A stretch of DNA of 64,000 nt, from contig OX597815.1 in NCBI GenBank assembly GCA_951406725.2, positions 105,834,001 to 105,898,000 on the forward strand, given 5' to 3'. Shown here piece after piece: positions 1 through 12,692 of this stretch. A program made the position numbers and the translations under genes. Under the pieces are notes generated by a model that saw only the letters and a list, made by a program, of their open reading frames with translations, did no database searches and was not told the origin of the DNA. The stretch comes from Octopus vulgaris. Lineage: Eukaryota. Every line of letters begins with the position of its first letter. Positions within the stretch are counted from its first letter, which is position 1.

Positions 1-220
1 GAATATTCCATTCTTACCTTATTTATATTTAAATTTCCTCCATCCTCTCTATTTAATTTATTCATTTATTACTCTAATTCTATTTACCTACTCTATCTTA
101 TCTCCAATCAACATGCAAACCCCTTGCCCAAACATATAAAAATAGAAATCATAAACAGTATCATGCAGTCTGCTATAACGAATCCATAAATACATATAAA
201 ACATCCAAGTGTATATTTTT

Positions 221-305
221 TCCTCTGAAGATATTATACTCAGGTCATATAAATTTAATATTTAATTAATATTTACTCACTAGTAATTGAAACAGCTGTA
301 AAGGA
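221..305 (+). ncRNA. Minimal hammerhead-ribozyme-like motif in Penelope-like tail
   Basis: tcct-CTGAAGA-(AT-rich stem II)-GAAA-cagctg-TA-a-agga: both core motifs intact, palindromic stem III, stem I tcct/agga with one extra A; followed by (TA)n. Confidence 0.55.
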
Positions 306-1006
306 TAATGATTAATTTGCTGTTAATAATAAACAATTATTAACTTCTTAATCTCCATTTTCTTTTCTGCTTATATATATATATATATATATACACATGT
401 CAATACACACACACACATGCACACACATATATATCATCATTGTTTAACATCTGTCTTCCATGCTTGCATGGGTAGGACAGTTAGCAAGACTGTAGTAGTT
501 ACAAGACTACTCCAAGCTGCTGTGTCTCTTTTGACAGAGTCTTTATGGCTGGATGCCCTTCCTAACACCTACCACTCTGCGGAGTGGATTCTGCTTTTTA
601 CATGGCACCAGCACTGGCAGGGTTGCTAAATAACTTGTAAGACAAGGAATTGGGGTGGGGTGCATTGGAAGAATGGAACTTGTATCATATGATGAAATGT
701 TAGAGTGTGACAGAGAGACAGGGAGGCAGAAACAGGTATCTTGTTATAAAGGAGGGGGTATTGGAGGAGGTGATCTTGTGTTAGATGATGAAAGGATAGA
801 GTGTGACAGAGAAATAGAGTGACAGAAACAGATGTCTTACTATAGAGGAGGTACGTGGCTACCTGGCTTACTGCTGTTTCTGCTATAAGATAGGGTGGAC
901 TCTTAGTTGAGTATCAGGATAACATCAGAGCCTTGAATATGAAGTGCACTTTATTTAGGATAGTTACATTATCAGAACATACAAGCGTTGAGTGAGAAAG
1001 TCTTAT

Positions 1007-1028
1007 ATTGTATGTGTGTATATATATA

Positions 1029-1080
<52 letters not shown>

Positions 1081-1150
1081 CATACATACATACATACATA
1101 CATACATACACACATATACACGCACACACACACACACATGCATGCACACA
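1007..1150. repeat. Compound microsatellite (TA)n(TACA)n(CA)n
   Basis: Direct reading; source of the spurious YIYI/CVCV ORFs. Confidence 0.95.
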
Positions 1151-1160
1151 AATGCACATT

Positions 1161-1378
1161 TTAACCCTTTAGTATTTAAACCAGCCACATCTGGCCCAAA
1201 CATTCTGTTCGATCCAGCCAAATCTGGGCTTTCACACATTCCCTACAATATCATTTTAAAAATAAACAATTGTATCATCAAAATCTCAAAGTTAAACGAT
1301 AATGTATAATTAATTCAAAACAATGTAAACAAATAAGCATTATATTTGACAGAGTAATCTGAATGATAAAAGGTTAAA
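1161..1378. mobile_element. piggyBac-type MITE
   Basis: TTAA-ccctttag...ataaaagg-TTAA termini, no coding capacity. Confidence 0.65.
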
Positions 1379-2225
1379 CTACTGAATATCTTAACTCATG
1401 TATCTAAATTTAAGGAAATTGAATCAAATGCAGTTCCCTTTTCTCTGCTCCTCTTGCTTTAACACAGCCACAAACAGCAGCTCTTTGCTTGGTCAAAAAT
1501 TGTTTAAATAGGTTACAACTAATACCTTTCCAGTCACTTTGAATTCTTCCCACTAAATCTTAATGTTCAAGTGATGTTATTATGTCATCAGTTTCTTTCT
1601 CTGTGCAACATGTTCTTGCAGTTTTGGCATTTGGTAGGTTCTCCCATATTTCTACATCTTCAGTCTCCCTCAGCATCATGACTGTTCATGTCTTTCTGGA
1701 TTGGTAGATCTCAAAATTTTAAGGTTATAGGTAGTTGAAGAGACCCACTCTTTTGATATACCCCTGAACTATTAATTGTTTCCTGATGTAAATACCACAC
1801 TTTTTCTCCTTGATCTCCACTCTCAACAGAACTGTTTTTTATATGAGCAGTGGTCAAGCAGTACAGGTGTATAGGCTAAACTACAAGCAGCAGATCTTGT
1901 ATATGCCCAACAGTTTTAACCTATCTATGGCTTTCAACCTATCTTTGCTTTATGCCATGATCTCAGCACCTCTACTCAATCAGACAGTGAGTTAATGTAC
2001 CATAGTTCTAAGTGTTTTATGGGTTTGTCTTAAACCATTAACATAGTATCTCCTACTATTTTAAACTTCACTTGCTTCTGCCAATCTTTGACAAAAGTCA
2101 GACTATGTGACTTATTTTCCTTAATCCGCATTCTTGGCCAAATAGTTAGTTCTATGTACTATAATGTGTAATAAGTAAAGTATGAAGTGATATAATAAAG
2201 TAAATCCATTTTCCTTTTCTTCCAG

Positions 2226-2291
2226 TAAACTTCAAACTACTTATGAAGAAGAGAAGGTACTCAACTGCAAATACAAGACAGATTTAACAGG
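2226..2291 (+). CDS. CCDC171: CCDC171-like coiled-coil protein, internal exon (first in window)
   Basis: Pyrimidine tract + ttccag acceptor, gtaag donor. Reads KLQTTYEEEKVLNCKYKTDLT(G). Ends in phase 2, matching the phase-2 start of the exon at 7930. Confidence 0.7.
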
Positions 2292-2661
2292 GTAAGATTT
2301 TTTTATGGGAAGGTCACTTTTGTATTTATTAATCTATAGATAGGGGTTTGAAACACAGGTCACATCTGGTTTGTACTTGCAGCGGACTGTAGCTGTTGGC
2401 TTAGCTCCAGATCAACCCTGATCTAGCAAGCTATGATGAAAGGCCTTTTTATTTCTTCAGAGAATTTTGCCTCTTATATCCAGTAGGTAGATTAACACTT
2501 TATAGGTTAGTAAACTGAGAAAGAAAACATTGATAGAAAGCGAGTTTTGGGTGAGTGAAAAAAAAGTTGAGCATAGCATTCAGAGTGGCTTCTGAGGAAT
2601 CATATGTAAAATATGGATTATTAAAGATAATAAGGTGAATCAATTAGTGGTACCCTAATGT

Positions 2662-2688
<27 letters not shown>

Positions 2689-2693
<5 letters not shown>

Positions 2694-3160
2694 GATTAGG
2701 GCTCAGTAAAATAATTTACTTTGCCACATACTGAAATTTTTAGAAATAGCAGCCAAAAAGTTTTTTTAGCCATTTCTACTACTTTAAGAAGAGTCTCCCA
2801 GATAGTGTATACTCAAAAATAATTCACGTAGATATGGAGGGAAAACACCAAAATATCACATGTACAAAGATATGTGATATGTACATGTGATATTTTGGTG
2901 TTTTCCCTCCATATCTACGTGAATTATTTTTGAGTATACACTATCTGGGAGACTCTTCTTAAAGTAGTAGAAATGGCTAAAAAAACTTTTTGGCTGCTGT
3001 TTCTAAAAGTTTCGGTGTGTGGCGGAGTAAATTGTTTTACTGAGCCCTAATTATATAACGTAATATTTTGAATACACCTTGAATGGTCCTTTTACATACT
3101 GAACACTACTTGGTGAAATTAATTAATAATTAATTGATTTTACCCTTAATCATTGATTAT
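2689..3160. mobile_element. Fold-back element in (TA)n, probable Penelope-like inverted terminus
   Basis: Arms 2689-2866 and 2880-3057, 13-nt loop, no indels; the right arm continues ~100 nt to another TA run. The Penelope assignment is inferred from the inverted-truncation architecture and TA targeting. Confidence 0.6.
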
Positions 3161-3170
3161 ATACATATAG

Positions 3171-3944
3171 GGAACCCGTGGAAGAGGTAGACCAAGGAAA
3201 ACCTGGGACGAGGTGGTGAAGCACGACCTTCGAACGTTAGGTCTCACCATGGAAACGACTAGAGACCGAGACCTATGGAAGTATGCTGTGCGTGAGAAGA
3301 CCCGGCAAGACTAGTGAAGCCATAACCTGTGGCCCCTACCTGGGACGTAGTCAGTCCACCTGTGCATACCTTCCTGCTTGTGACACTTGTGAAGACCTGT
3401 TGAGGCAAATCAAATCAAAGTCAAATCGAATCAAGTCAAACCAAATCAAAATAGATGAACATCAATGGAATTTGTATCCTTGTGGTACCAGTGCCGGTGG
3501 CACATAAGAAAACCATCCAAACGGGACCGTAGCCAGTACCGAATCGACTGGCCTCCGTGCCGTGGGCACGTAACAAACACCATCCAATCGTAGCCGTTCG
3601 CCAGCCTCGTCTGGCACCTGTGTCGGTGGCACATAAGAAAAACACCGAAAACACCATATCCGAGCGTGGCCGTCTGCCTGCCTTGTCTGGCACCTGTGTT
3701 GGTGGCACATAAAAAACACCATCCGAGCGTGGCCGTCTGCCAGCCTCGTCTGGCACCTGTGTCGGTGGCACATAAAATCACCCACTACACTCTCGGAGTG
3801 GTTGGCGTTAGGAAGGGCATCCAGCTGTAGAAACACTGCCAGATCTGACTGGCCTGGTGTAGCCTTCGGGCTTGCCAGACCCCAGTTGAACCGTCCAACC
3901 CATGCTAGCATGGAAAGCAGACGTTAAACGATGATGATGATGAT
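3171..3944 (+). mobile_element. Young 5'-truncated RTE-clade LINE: ORF C-terminus, 3'UTR with tandem repeats, (GAT)n tail
   Basis: 3171-3314 reads GTRGRGRPRKTWDEVVKHDLRTLGL...RDRDLWKYAV* (RTE C-terminal signature). CpG-rich; ~4 tandem 60-75 nt units at 3488-3780; gatgatgat tail. Confidence 0.88.
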
Positions 3945-4361
3945 ATATATATAAATACACACACATATATATCTATATATCTATGTATCTACATATATAT
4001 ATAGAGAGAGATATAGATATATAGATATATATGTGTGTGTATTTATATATTTATATATATATATATGTATGTATGTATGTATGTATATACAAAGAGAAAG
4101 AGAGAGAGATACATACAGGTATATGTATGTCCCTTACAAGATTTTAGTCAACCCTAGACTATGATAAAATATATTTGTACAAGGTGTTGCAAAGTGAGAT
4201 AAAACCTAGAACCATGCTACTACAAAACAAAACTTCTTAACATTATAACCTTGTCCATAATCATTAATATGTTTAATACCCTGCCATGCATCTATAGGAA
4301 AAATGTGTTTAGAAGGGAATTAGGGTCACAACGTATCCACAATTATGTTGTGTCAAGTACT

Positions 4362-4763
4362 TCTATAAAAATAAACACAAAATTCTGTCTGTCTGTCTGT
4401 CCAGGACCCCCATATCTCAGTCTACATTTCTCCTACATAGACATATACCTGTTTGGTATTGGGATGATCTTGGGATTGAAAATCTGACCTTTATTTGGTT
4501 CTTGAACATCCAGCATTGGGATCAGGTCTAGATGAGGATTTGTTATATGCTAACAGTTGAAAATTCTAATTTTCAAAGAATTCTGAAAATTTATGAACAC
4601 TTCAAGTTTTTCATTTAAACTGAATTTAAGGTAATACCATATTGGTAGAGTACCAATAAATGTTTTATTAATATTACTCCCTTTAGTTTTTGGACTGCAG
4701 GCCCAATTAGCCCTCCACAGGAGCTAGCTTAAAAGTATGCACAGGGTGCAGCTTTTAAGCTAG
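4362..4763 (+). mobile_element. Non-autonomous Helitron-like element
   Basis: Starts TCTATA..., (CTGT)n near the 5' end, ends with hairpin ctagcttaaaag...cttttaagCTAG followed by T. Confidence 0.55.
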
Positions 4764-4824
4764 TTAGTTAGTAAACTTGAAGATGATCTCTCAGAGCTTT
4801 GCTTTTTTAATAAACAAAGAAATA

Positions 4825-5741
4825 CGAGGTGGTGTCAAAAAGTTCCCTGACTGGTTCTGTAGTGTGCCAACAGGTGGCAGCAGTCAGTTGCATGTGCAGT
4901 GATAGCTAGTAGTGACCTTCATGAGGCAGTGTGCTGAGTGGCATCGCTGTGTTTACTTCGCAACTTGTGAAATTTATGTTTTTGTGATCACGTGTATGCT
5001 GCAGTCTGCAATTTTGTCATGGACAAGATCAAAGAGCCAATATGAAATTTTGCATTAAACTTAGGAAGTCTACTACAGAAACATTGAACATGCTTTGGCA
5101 AACTTACAGTGATGAGGCAATGGGTCATATGCAATGCTTAGTGTGGCACAGATGCTTCAAAGGCAGAGAAATGTCCCTGGAAAACGATGAGCTTCTAGAA
5201 GACCTGCCACAATCTGTGGAGCTCAAAGAATTGGATTCTTTACAACAATGCACTCTGTCACTGTGATCTCCTCACTCATGAGTTTCTCACCAAAAACAAC
5301 ATAGTATCGCTTCCACACCTGCCCCATTCACCAGATTTAGCACCTGCAGACGTCCATCTCTTCTCCAAGATGAAAGTGCAGCTCAAAGATCATTGTTTTA
5401 ATACCGTTGTCAGGACCCAGAGTAAATTGCAGGGCTTCTACTCGCTTACATAAAATGACTTCCTGGCCAGATTCAAAAAGTGGTGGGAATGGTGCAACTG
5501 GTGTATTACTGCACAAGGTGACTCTTTCGAAGGAGATGTTAAAACTTAGGATAAGTAAGTTATTTTTTATTAAACAGGCGCAGGAGTGGCTGTGTGGTAA
5601 GTAGCTTGCTTACCAACCACATGGTTTCAGGTTCAGTCCCACTGCGTAGCACCTTGGGCAAGTGTCTTCTGCTATAGCCCCGGGCCAGCCAAAGCCTTGT
5701 GAGTGGATTTGGTTGACGGAAAGTGAAAGAAGCCCGTCGTA

Positions 5742-5778
<37 letters not shown>

Positions 5779-6041
5779 GCGTGTGTGTGTTTGTGTGTCT
5801 GTGTTTGTCCCCCTAGCATTGCTTGACAACCGATGCTGGTGTGTTTATGTCCCCGTTACTTAGTGGTTCGGCAAAAGAGACCGATAGAATAAGTACTGGG
5901 CTTACAAAAGAATAAGTCCCGGGGTTGAGTTGCTCGACTAAAGGCGGTGCTCCAGCATGGCCACAGTCAAATGACTGAAACAAGTAAAAGAGTAAAAGAG
6001 AAAAGAGTATAACTAGTCCTGGAACCTTTTGATACCACCTG
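4825..6041 (+). mobile_element. Internally deleted mariner, interrupted by a SINE
   Basis: TA-flanked TIRs (cgaggtggtgtcaaaaagttcc / ggaaccttttgataccacctg); HTH remnant MKFCIKLRKSTTETL...WHRCFK and PHSPDLAPAD motif. Confidence 0.85.
5577..6008 (+). mobile_element. tRNA-derived SINE with CR1-like tail (nested in mariner)
   Basis: Head with A box (tggctgtgtgg) and B box (ggttcagtccc), internal (TA)n/(TG)n, tail ggcggtgctccagcatggccacagtc...aaaagag repeats. Older copies at ~14110-14445 and ~39595-39925. Confidence 0.88.
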
Positions 6042-7110
6042 TATGATAATAACTAAGCTATAACAGTGTAGTACTAGCTTTCATATAATTGAATGTGTGT
6101 TTGTGTGTGCATGCATGCACGTGCTTTTATACAGAGCTATGGAAAGTTGCTTAAGTTTCATGTAACCCTATTTCTAAACTTTCAGTGAATTCAATCAAGC
6201 CTGTATGAGCATTAATTTTTCAGTCATCATCCAATATGGCTTCTCTCACATGATTTAATGTGATATTCTCATATATATGGTGCACTAGATATAATTATCA
6301 TATTATGTTCCTTAGATATACTATTTATGTATATAGTAGAAATATGTAACTGTCACCCTACCTACCTACCTATTCACTTTCCATGCTGGCATGGATTGGA
6401 CAGTTTGACAGAGAACCAGTGAGCTGCAAGGCTGCATCATGCTCCAGTGTCATCTTTGGCATGATTTCTATAACTGGATGTCCTTCCAAATGCTAGCCAC
6501 TTTACAGAGTGTCCCACCGTCACTAATGAGATTGCCATGAAACTTGCAAGACATAAAAAAAAAAGCAGAGGAAAAGGAAAGGAATAAAGCATCCACTACG
6601 AAGACGAAGTATTTAGGAGAAGGTGGAGGCAGACAACTTTATGCCAAGTGTTGAAAGGCTATAGTATGATAGAGGGACAAGCACAGATGTCTTGCTATGT
6701 AGGGGTTATATGGCTAAAGGAGATTAGAGGAAGGTAGTGATGAGGTGCTAGAGCAAACTCATAAGAAGACAAGCATAAGAGAGGACACAGTCATTAGATC
6801 ATAGGAGAGGATGATAGAGTGTGTAGATGCTTTCATAGGTGTGTAAATAGGGAGTAAACAAGAGGAGGTAGAGGTTAATGTAGTGAGTGATGAACAAAGG
6901 TGGGAGTGCAAATGATGGGAAATATCAGTGTGGGGAGGGGCAAGGCGAAAGAAAGAAAATATAAGAGAAAGTGAGCGCAAGGTGTAGGAGCAGTGGAAAG
7001 GAAGATATAAGAATACATAAAGGTTATAGTGGGTCGTGATGGTAGATATGGGAGGGCATTGAGAATAATAGCAGAGAAGAGAGGTGTTTGGAATGGAGTA
7101 TAGCATAGAG

Positions 7111-7314
7111 CAGTGGTTTTCAACCAGGGTTCCGCCAGTACAGTCCAAGGGTTCTGCAAGAAGTTACAAAACTGCTAAAATCGGCAGTAATTATTAATTC
7201 TCCTATGCAGATATGTGTGCATAAGACTATTAAATTATTGCACAGGGGTTCCTCGAGCCAGTGGAATGTTCCTTGGGGTTGGTTCCACTCCAGCAAAAAG
7301 TTTGAAAAGCACTG
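7111..7314. mobile_element. hAT-type MITE
   Basis: cagtggttttcaa...ttgaaaagcactg TIRs with perfect 8-bp TSD gcatagag (7103-7110, 7315-7322). Confidence 0.9.
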
Positions 7315-7929
7315 GCATAGAGGAGAGAGAGCAGTGATTGAAGTCACAGAAGGGGATGATGATTGGTTGAAATGGTGTGGGTAGGGGATGAAGAGGTATG
7401 TGGGAGATCATTTGGGAGGGGATGTAGTATGTTCTAATTCTGCTCTCAGGTGAGCACAGCAGCCTAGTAGTATCATAGAGTGGGGGGGGGGGGAAAGAAT
7501 GAAAACAGTAGGGGACAAAATCTCACATGTATATACAATTATAACTGAGTGGTTTTCGGACATTATTTTTGCAGTTTTGGATGTGTCTTCCTGAGCACAG
7601 GAAAACACCTATCATGTCAGTCCTTTGTCATCTCATTTGTAAGGCTCATCATCTTGAGATCAGTCTTCAAATACCTAAGCAAAAACATAAATAGTTCATT
7701 AGAATGCATTGGGCATGCAACAAGACAGGACATAGGATGGCGGGTGATTAAATGTCAATATAAAGTAATGGTGGTGGTAGCAATGGTGACGTTACTACTG
7801 CTTCTGCTTTTGCTTCTGCTGCAGAAGCATTGTTGAATTAATTGTAATAGCAGTAGGGATGGTGATTATGGTGATAACATTGCTGCTGATGATGATTATG
7901 TTGATGAAGATGGTGATATATTTTTGCAG

Positions 7930-8068
7930 ACTTCGAGAGGAATTATCTCTAATTCAGAGCAAGATGACAACTGAATTGAATAACAAAAACTCTGTAATTC
8001 ACACAATGTCCAAGGAAACAGAAATACACCTTAAAAACTTCCATAAACTGAAAGATGAACTATCAAAG
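7930..8068 (+). CDS. CCDC171: CCDC171-like exon
   Basis: tttttgcag acceptor, gtatgt donor. LREELSLIQSKMTTELNNKNSVIHTMSKETEIHLKNFHKLKDELSK, heptad-like; phase 2 to 0. Confidence 0.85.
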
Positions 8069-9493
8069 GTATGTTTTTTAAATAAACTAAGAAATATGAT
8101 GATCGGCTCAGTAGTTACTATCGTGTGATGTTTGTAAGGAAAAAATAGTAAGAGGAAGATACTTCAATTTTTGGGGGGTTTTTTCCCCATCTGTGTTTCC
8201 ACCCTTGCTTTTCCTGCAGTCATTGACCTAAAGATATTCAAGTTAAATATCACCTTTATTGAACTGAACAGTTCTGAAGAGCTTGCATTGTTAATAGGTT
8301 TGAAAATATTAAAAATAAATGTGGTGGTGGTGGTGGTGGGGAGGGGGAGGAGAAGAAGAAGAGCAGATATCATTGATCATAAAAGTTTGATCAAGGTGAG
8401 ATAAACCCTGGAACTGCCTTGCTCCATGCAGAAACTGCCAGAGATACTCACATGTACTGTAAGCTCTTTTCTGAACCCATTGTAATGTCAGAGACCCTTC
8501 CGTATTAACAGAAGGTATTTCAGGGTCACAAGCATTTCACTTCTTTGCTTGTACACTTTACCTGAGCACCGCAGCAAGGACTGAATTAGTCTTCACTTGC
8601 AGAAGGGTTCTACCTGTGATCTCTTGTCAACCACAGCCACCTTGAGCTGGTTTCAGCTGCCATGCCTGTCTCCTTGGTGGATTTCTTCACCTGTTTGGGA
8701 TTCAGGCCAATTTTCTGCAGGAAATAGCTATCTATCTGATTGTATTTATTTACTGGTCCTGTTGTAGTTGTTGCTGTTTAGTTTTATTTGTCTCTCCTCT
8801 TCCCATTACCCTTGCTATGTCAAACCTCAGCCCAGGCCCTACACTAATCACTATGTCCTGCTCTTTCAAGAACCTTAGTTTTCTGGAATTCCCTCCTTGC
8901 TCCGTCTTTCTCATAGATGTTGACTTCCAAATGTTCAAAAGGAACATTAACGGTATCACAAGTCTAGGAAGGCCTGAAAAAGCCTTGGGCATTTCCCCTT
9001 CCTCTTGACTAAACAAATAAAGAAAAAAAAGTCCTAAGTCAGCTTTGATCAAGCAGACTCATAATCAGAGATTGAGGCCATGCTGGCATGGGTTACATGT
9101 TTTGGTTGAAGTTGGTAAGCTGGAGGACTGCATCAGGTTCCAATTTGATTTGGCATGATTTCTATGGTTGGATTCCCTTCCTAATGCCAATCACTCCAAG
9201 AGAGTACATGACATCGGCATCAGCCATGACTTCACAAATAACCCAGATCAACATTATCCGGTCCCTCCTTTTCTAAGATGATATGGTGTGATCTGTGAGA
9301 GATCTGGTTACTATTTCTAGCAGATTAAATGACCATGTGTAGACTCCTCTGTTGGCTTGGCTCTGGGCAATATGTTGGGCTCTTGACATCTTTGGTCCAT
9401 ATGACAATAGTTAGATTTTTCTTTCTTCTCAATGGAATGTCAATCAATACTAGTTGTAAATACATCTTTTGCTGACAGACATTGTGTAGATTT

Positions 9494-10845
9494 AATCATC
9501 GTCATCATTTAACACCCACTTTTCATGCTGGAATGGGTTAGACAGTTTGACTGGAACTTGCAAGCCAGAGAGCTGCACTGGTTCCAATCTGATTTGGCAT
9601 GGTTTCTGTGACTGGATGTCCTTGCTAATACCAACCACTCGAAGAGTGTAATGGGTGTCATTTACATGACACCAGCATGGGTGCCATTTATATGACACCA
9701 GTAATGGCCACAACTATGGTTTTACTTGGCTTGACAAGCCTTCTCAAGCACAGCATATTGCCAAGGTTCCAGTCACTTGTCATCACATTTGTGAGCCCAA
9801 CATTCAAAGATCATGCTTCACCACCTTTTCCTTCTCTGCTGTGAGGCCCAGTATTTAAAGATCATGCTACCAGCAACATCCATGATTACAATTTCACAAG
9901 TACCATTTACATGACACCTGCAACAGCCACAACTACAATTTCACTTATCTTGATGAGTTTTCTCAAGCACAACATATCGCCAAAGGTTTCAGTCACTTGT
10001 CATCACCTATGTGAGGCCCAACGTCTGAAGATCATATTTCACCACCTCATCCTGTGTCTTCCTGGGTCTACTTCTTCCACAGGTTTCCTGCAGTTAAAGA
10101 TCAGCACTTCTTTACACAGCTGTTCTCATCCATACACATTACATGACCATACCAGTGCCGTCATCTCTCTTGCACACCGCATTTGATGCTTCTTATGCCC
10201 AGTTTTTCTCTCAAGACACTTATGCTTTGTCGCTTGTGTACACTGACATTGCACAGCCAACATAGTATACTAGCTTCATTTCTTTCAAGCCTTCACATGT
10301 CATCTGTGGTCACAGCCCACATTCCACTGTCATGAAGCATAGCTTTTTGCACAAAGGCAACATCGTCTCCCTTTCATTCAGGGAGGGGTCCTTTGATACC
10401 AACAGAATTAGGAGCTCTTTCAACTTTGCCTTGCCTATTCTTATTCTGACAGCTACATTCTCAAATTATCCACCTCCACTGCTGACTTGGTCACCTAGAT
10501 AATGGAAGCTATCAACTACTTCTAGGTACCCCACTGGCATTTGTTGGAGTTTTTTCTCTTTACATTTCTAGTGTTTATTGTACCTGTGCATCTGCCACAC
10601 ACAAAGATTATTTTCCCTTTTAACTTTCGTCTGATATTGCTGCAGCTCTTATATGTCCATAGCTTGCACTGGGTACATCTTATGGAGTTTCTACCTATGC
10701 CATCTACCTGAAAAGATCTGTGATTTGTCTGCTTTCCTACTTACTAAGACTTTCATTTTTGCTAAATTAACTTTAATGCCCTTTGATTCTAGACCTTGCT
10801 TCAATGCCTGTAATTTCTTCTCTAGTTCTGGCAGTGATTCAGCTA
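9494..10845 (-). mobile_element. Decayed RTE LINE 3' portion
   Basis: (CAT)n tail at the left, 3'UTR homologous to 3780-3940, partial tandem duplication (9694-9826 vs 9913-10048), degenerate RT/PHD-like coding to ~10845. Confidence 0.8.
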
Positions 10846-10942
10846 TAAATATAAATAAAATTATCTTAAATCAGAACCTTGTTGAGCCATGTATCATTAA
10901 TTATGTATCTATATATATACATGTATCCATATATATATATAT

Positions 10943-12049
10943 ATGTCAGATTATTAGGCAGCTCTGTTTTTTTCAAAATAACAAACTTATTTGTTCGAAT
11001 CCAGATATTTTTTCACTGAATGATGGCAACATATACCTGCACATACTGTAGTAAAATAAGTGTAAACAAACGGCGGCCATTTTCATTAAACACCAACAAT
11101 TTTACCATCCTAAATTATTAGGCAATTGCCCAATAAAAGTGTTATTATGGGTCAATAACCTGATTTAACATCAAAGGAGAAATCCACCATTGTCTCAGAG
11201 CTTGAAAAAACAAAAACGACATTGGAAATATCAAAGATCCTGGGAAGAGATCATAGAACTGTGAAGAAATTTGTGGAGTCTTCTGCTGTCTGTTCGAGGG
11301 CTGACAAGGGTAAATCAAGGGTTGTTTCTAAGCGTACCCTGTCACGTGTAACAAGGGAAGTTGCAAAGAACATGTGTCTGACTAGTCAAGAAGTGTTTAA
11401 ACGTTGTGGTAGGGAAGACATTTCAAAATCTACCAGCTGTTGCCTCCTGAATCAGGTAGCCAAGAATGAAGTGGCCAGCTGACTTAAACCCGATTGAAAA
11501 TCTATGGACTGTTCTGAAGAGAAAGATATATAAAGATGGACGGCGGTTTTCAACAAAAAATGCACTCTGGGAAGCTATTGTAGATGCTTCTGACAGTAAT
11601 ACTTCAGATGAAATAGTTACCTTGACAAGTTCAATGGATAAATACTTCATAGACGTTCTCTCATGTGGAGGATCATACATCCATCACCAAGAACTTCATG
11701 ACGTCATATTTCTTGTATTATTTCCATTCAGACATATTATTAGGTTCATTATAAAGTCCGTTATGATTATATTTGTTGTTAAAAATTAATTGTCGCATTA
11801 AATAGATGTTTGTTTTTGCATAATTAGCATTTTAAGTAGAGCTACTTAATAATTTAGGACGAGAAAAATGATGCCTATTAACAAAAATGACCATTGTTTC
11901 TTTACATAAGGGTGGATCAGATTTATCTTGGTACAGTACTTGCAGATGGGTATTATCATCATGCAGTGGGAAAATATCTGGATCTGAATGAATAAATACT
12001 CTGTTATTCAAAAAAAAAAATGAGCTACCTAATAATTTGACATGCAGTG
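10943..12049 (+). mobile_element. Tc1-like transposon, internally deleted
   Basis: Long TIRs (atgtcagattattaggcagctc / gagctacctaataatttgacatgcagtg-TA). HTH LGRDHRTVKKFV is joined directly to WPADLNPIENLW, so most of the catalytic core is missing. Confidence 0.85.
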
Positions 12050-12159
12050 TATGTGTGTATGCATCAATATCTATCTGTTTGTCTATTTCTCTCTCTCTCT
12101 ATCTCTGTCTCTATATATATATATGTTTGTGTGTGTGTGTGGTGTGTGTATGCATATAA

Positions 12160-12692
12160 CAGTGTGAACCTTTATATAGCTTGCGTCCCATTAGCTCATG
12201 AGGGAAAATAACCATTGAACAGCAAGCACCAAAATTCAAAGCGGTTTGAGTATATATAAACATACAATAAGATATCATAACAATAAATTAATATTCTGAT
12301 ATATTAAATACGCTATCATATAGGTGGCTAAAGCAATTAAAAATCAAAAAGGTAGAATACCTAAATAAGAGTGCAAAATAGCACCTACAATTGCTAGAAA
12401 TAAGAGCTAAAAAATATAACTTGAATAGCCACACAAAATCACCAACCTCATGAGATATTCAAAGGGACTCTGAGGAGCAAGCCACATCTTTCTCCAGCGA
12501 GATAAAACTCACTGAATGAAGTAATTTGAAGTATTTTTTACCTCTTATTTCTAGCAATTGTAGGTGCTATTTTGCACCCTTATTTATGAATTCTTCCTTT
12601 TTGGTTTTTAATTGCTTTAGCCACCTATATTATAACGTATTTAATATATCATATTGACTTATCATTATAATATCTTATTGTATGTTTATATA
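12160..12692 (-). mobile_element. Older fold-back element in microsatellite, probable Penelope-like inverted terminus
   Basis: Inverted arms ~12253-12418 and ~12531-12692 with scattered mismatches; decayed hammerhead-like motif on the - strand at ~12170-12207. Confidence 0.55.

Noticed and set aside
914-1309. ORFs rich in YIYI/CVCV/THTH (also 12686, 22664, 22678, 58262, 58379, 58763)
   Set aside because: Translations of dinucleotide microsatellites.
3488-3780. CRISPR-like repeat array
   Set aside because: The intervening segments are homologous to each other, the array is inside a LINE 3'UTR in animal DNA, and there are no cas genes.
5577-5650. tRNA gene
   Set aside because: The A/B boxes belong to a SINE head; no complete cloverleaf, and SINE body follows.
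8750-9052. 100-aa - strand ORF
   Set aside because: No recognisable motif or splice context; probably an old repeat.
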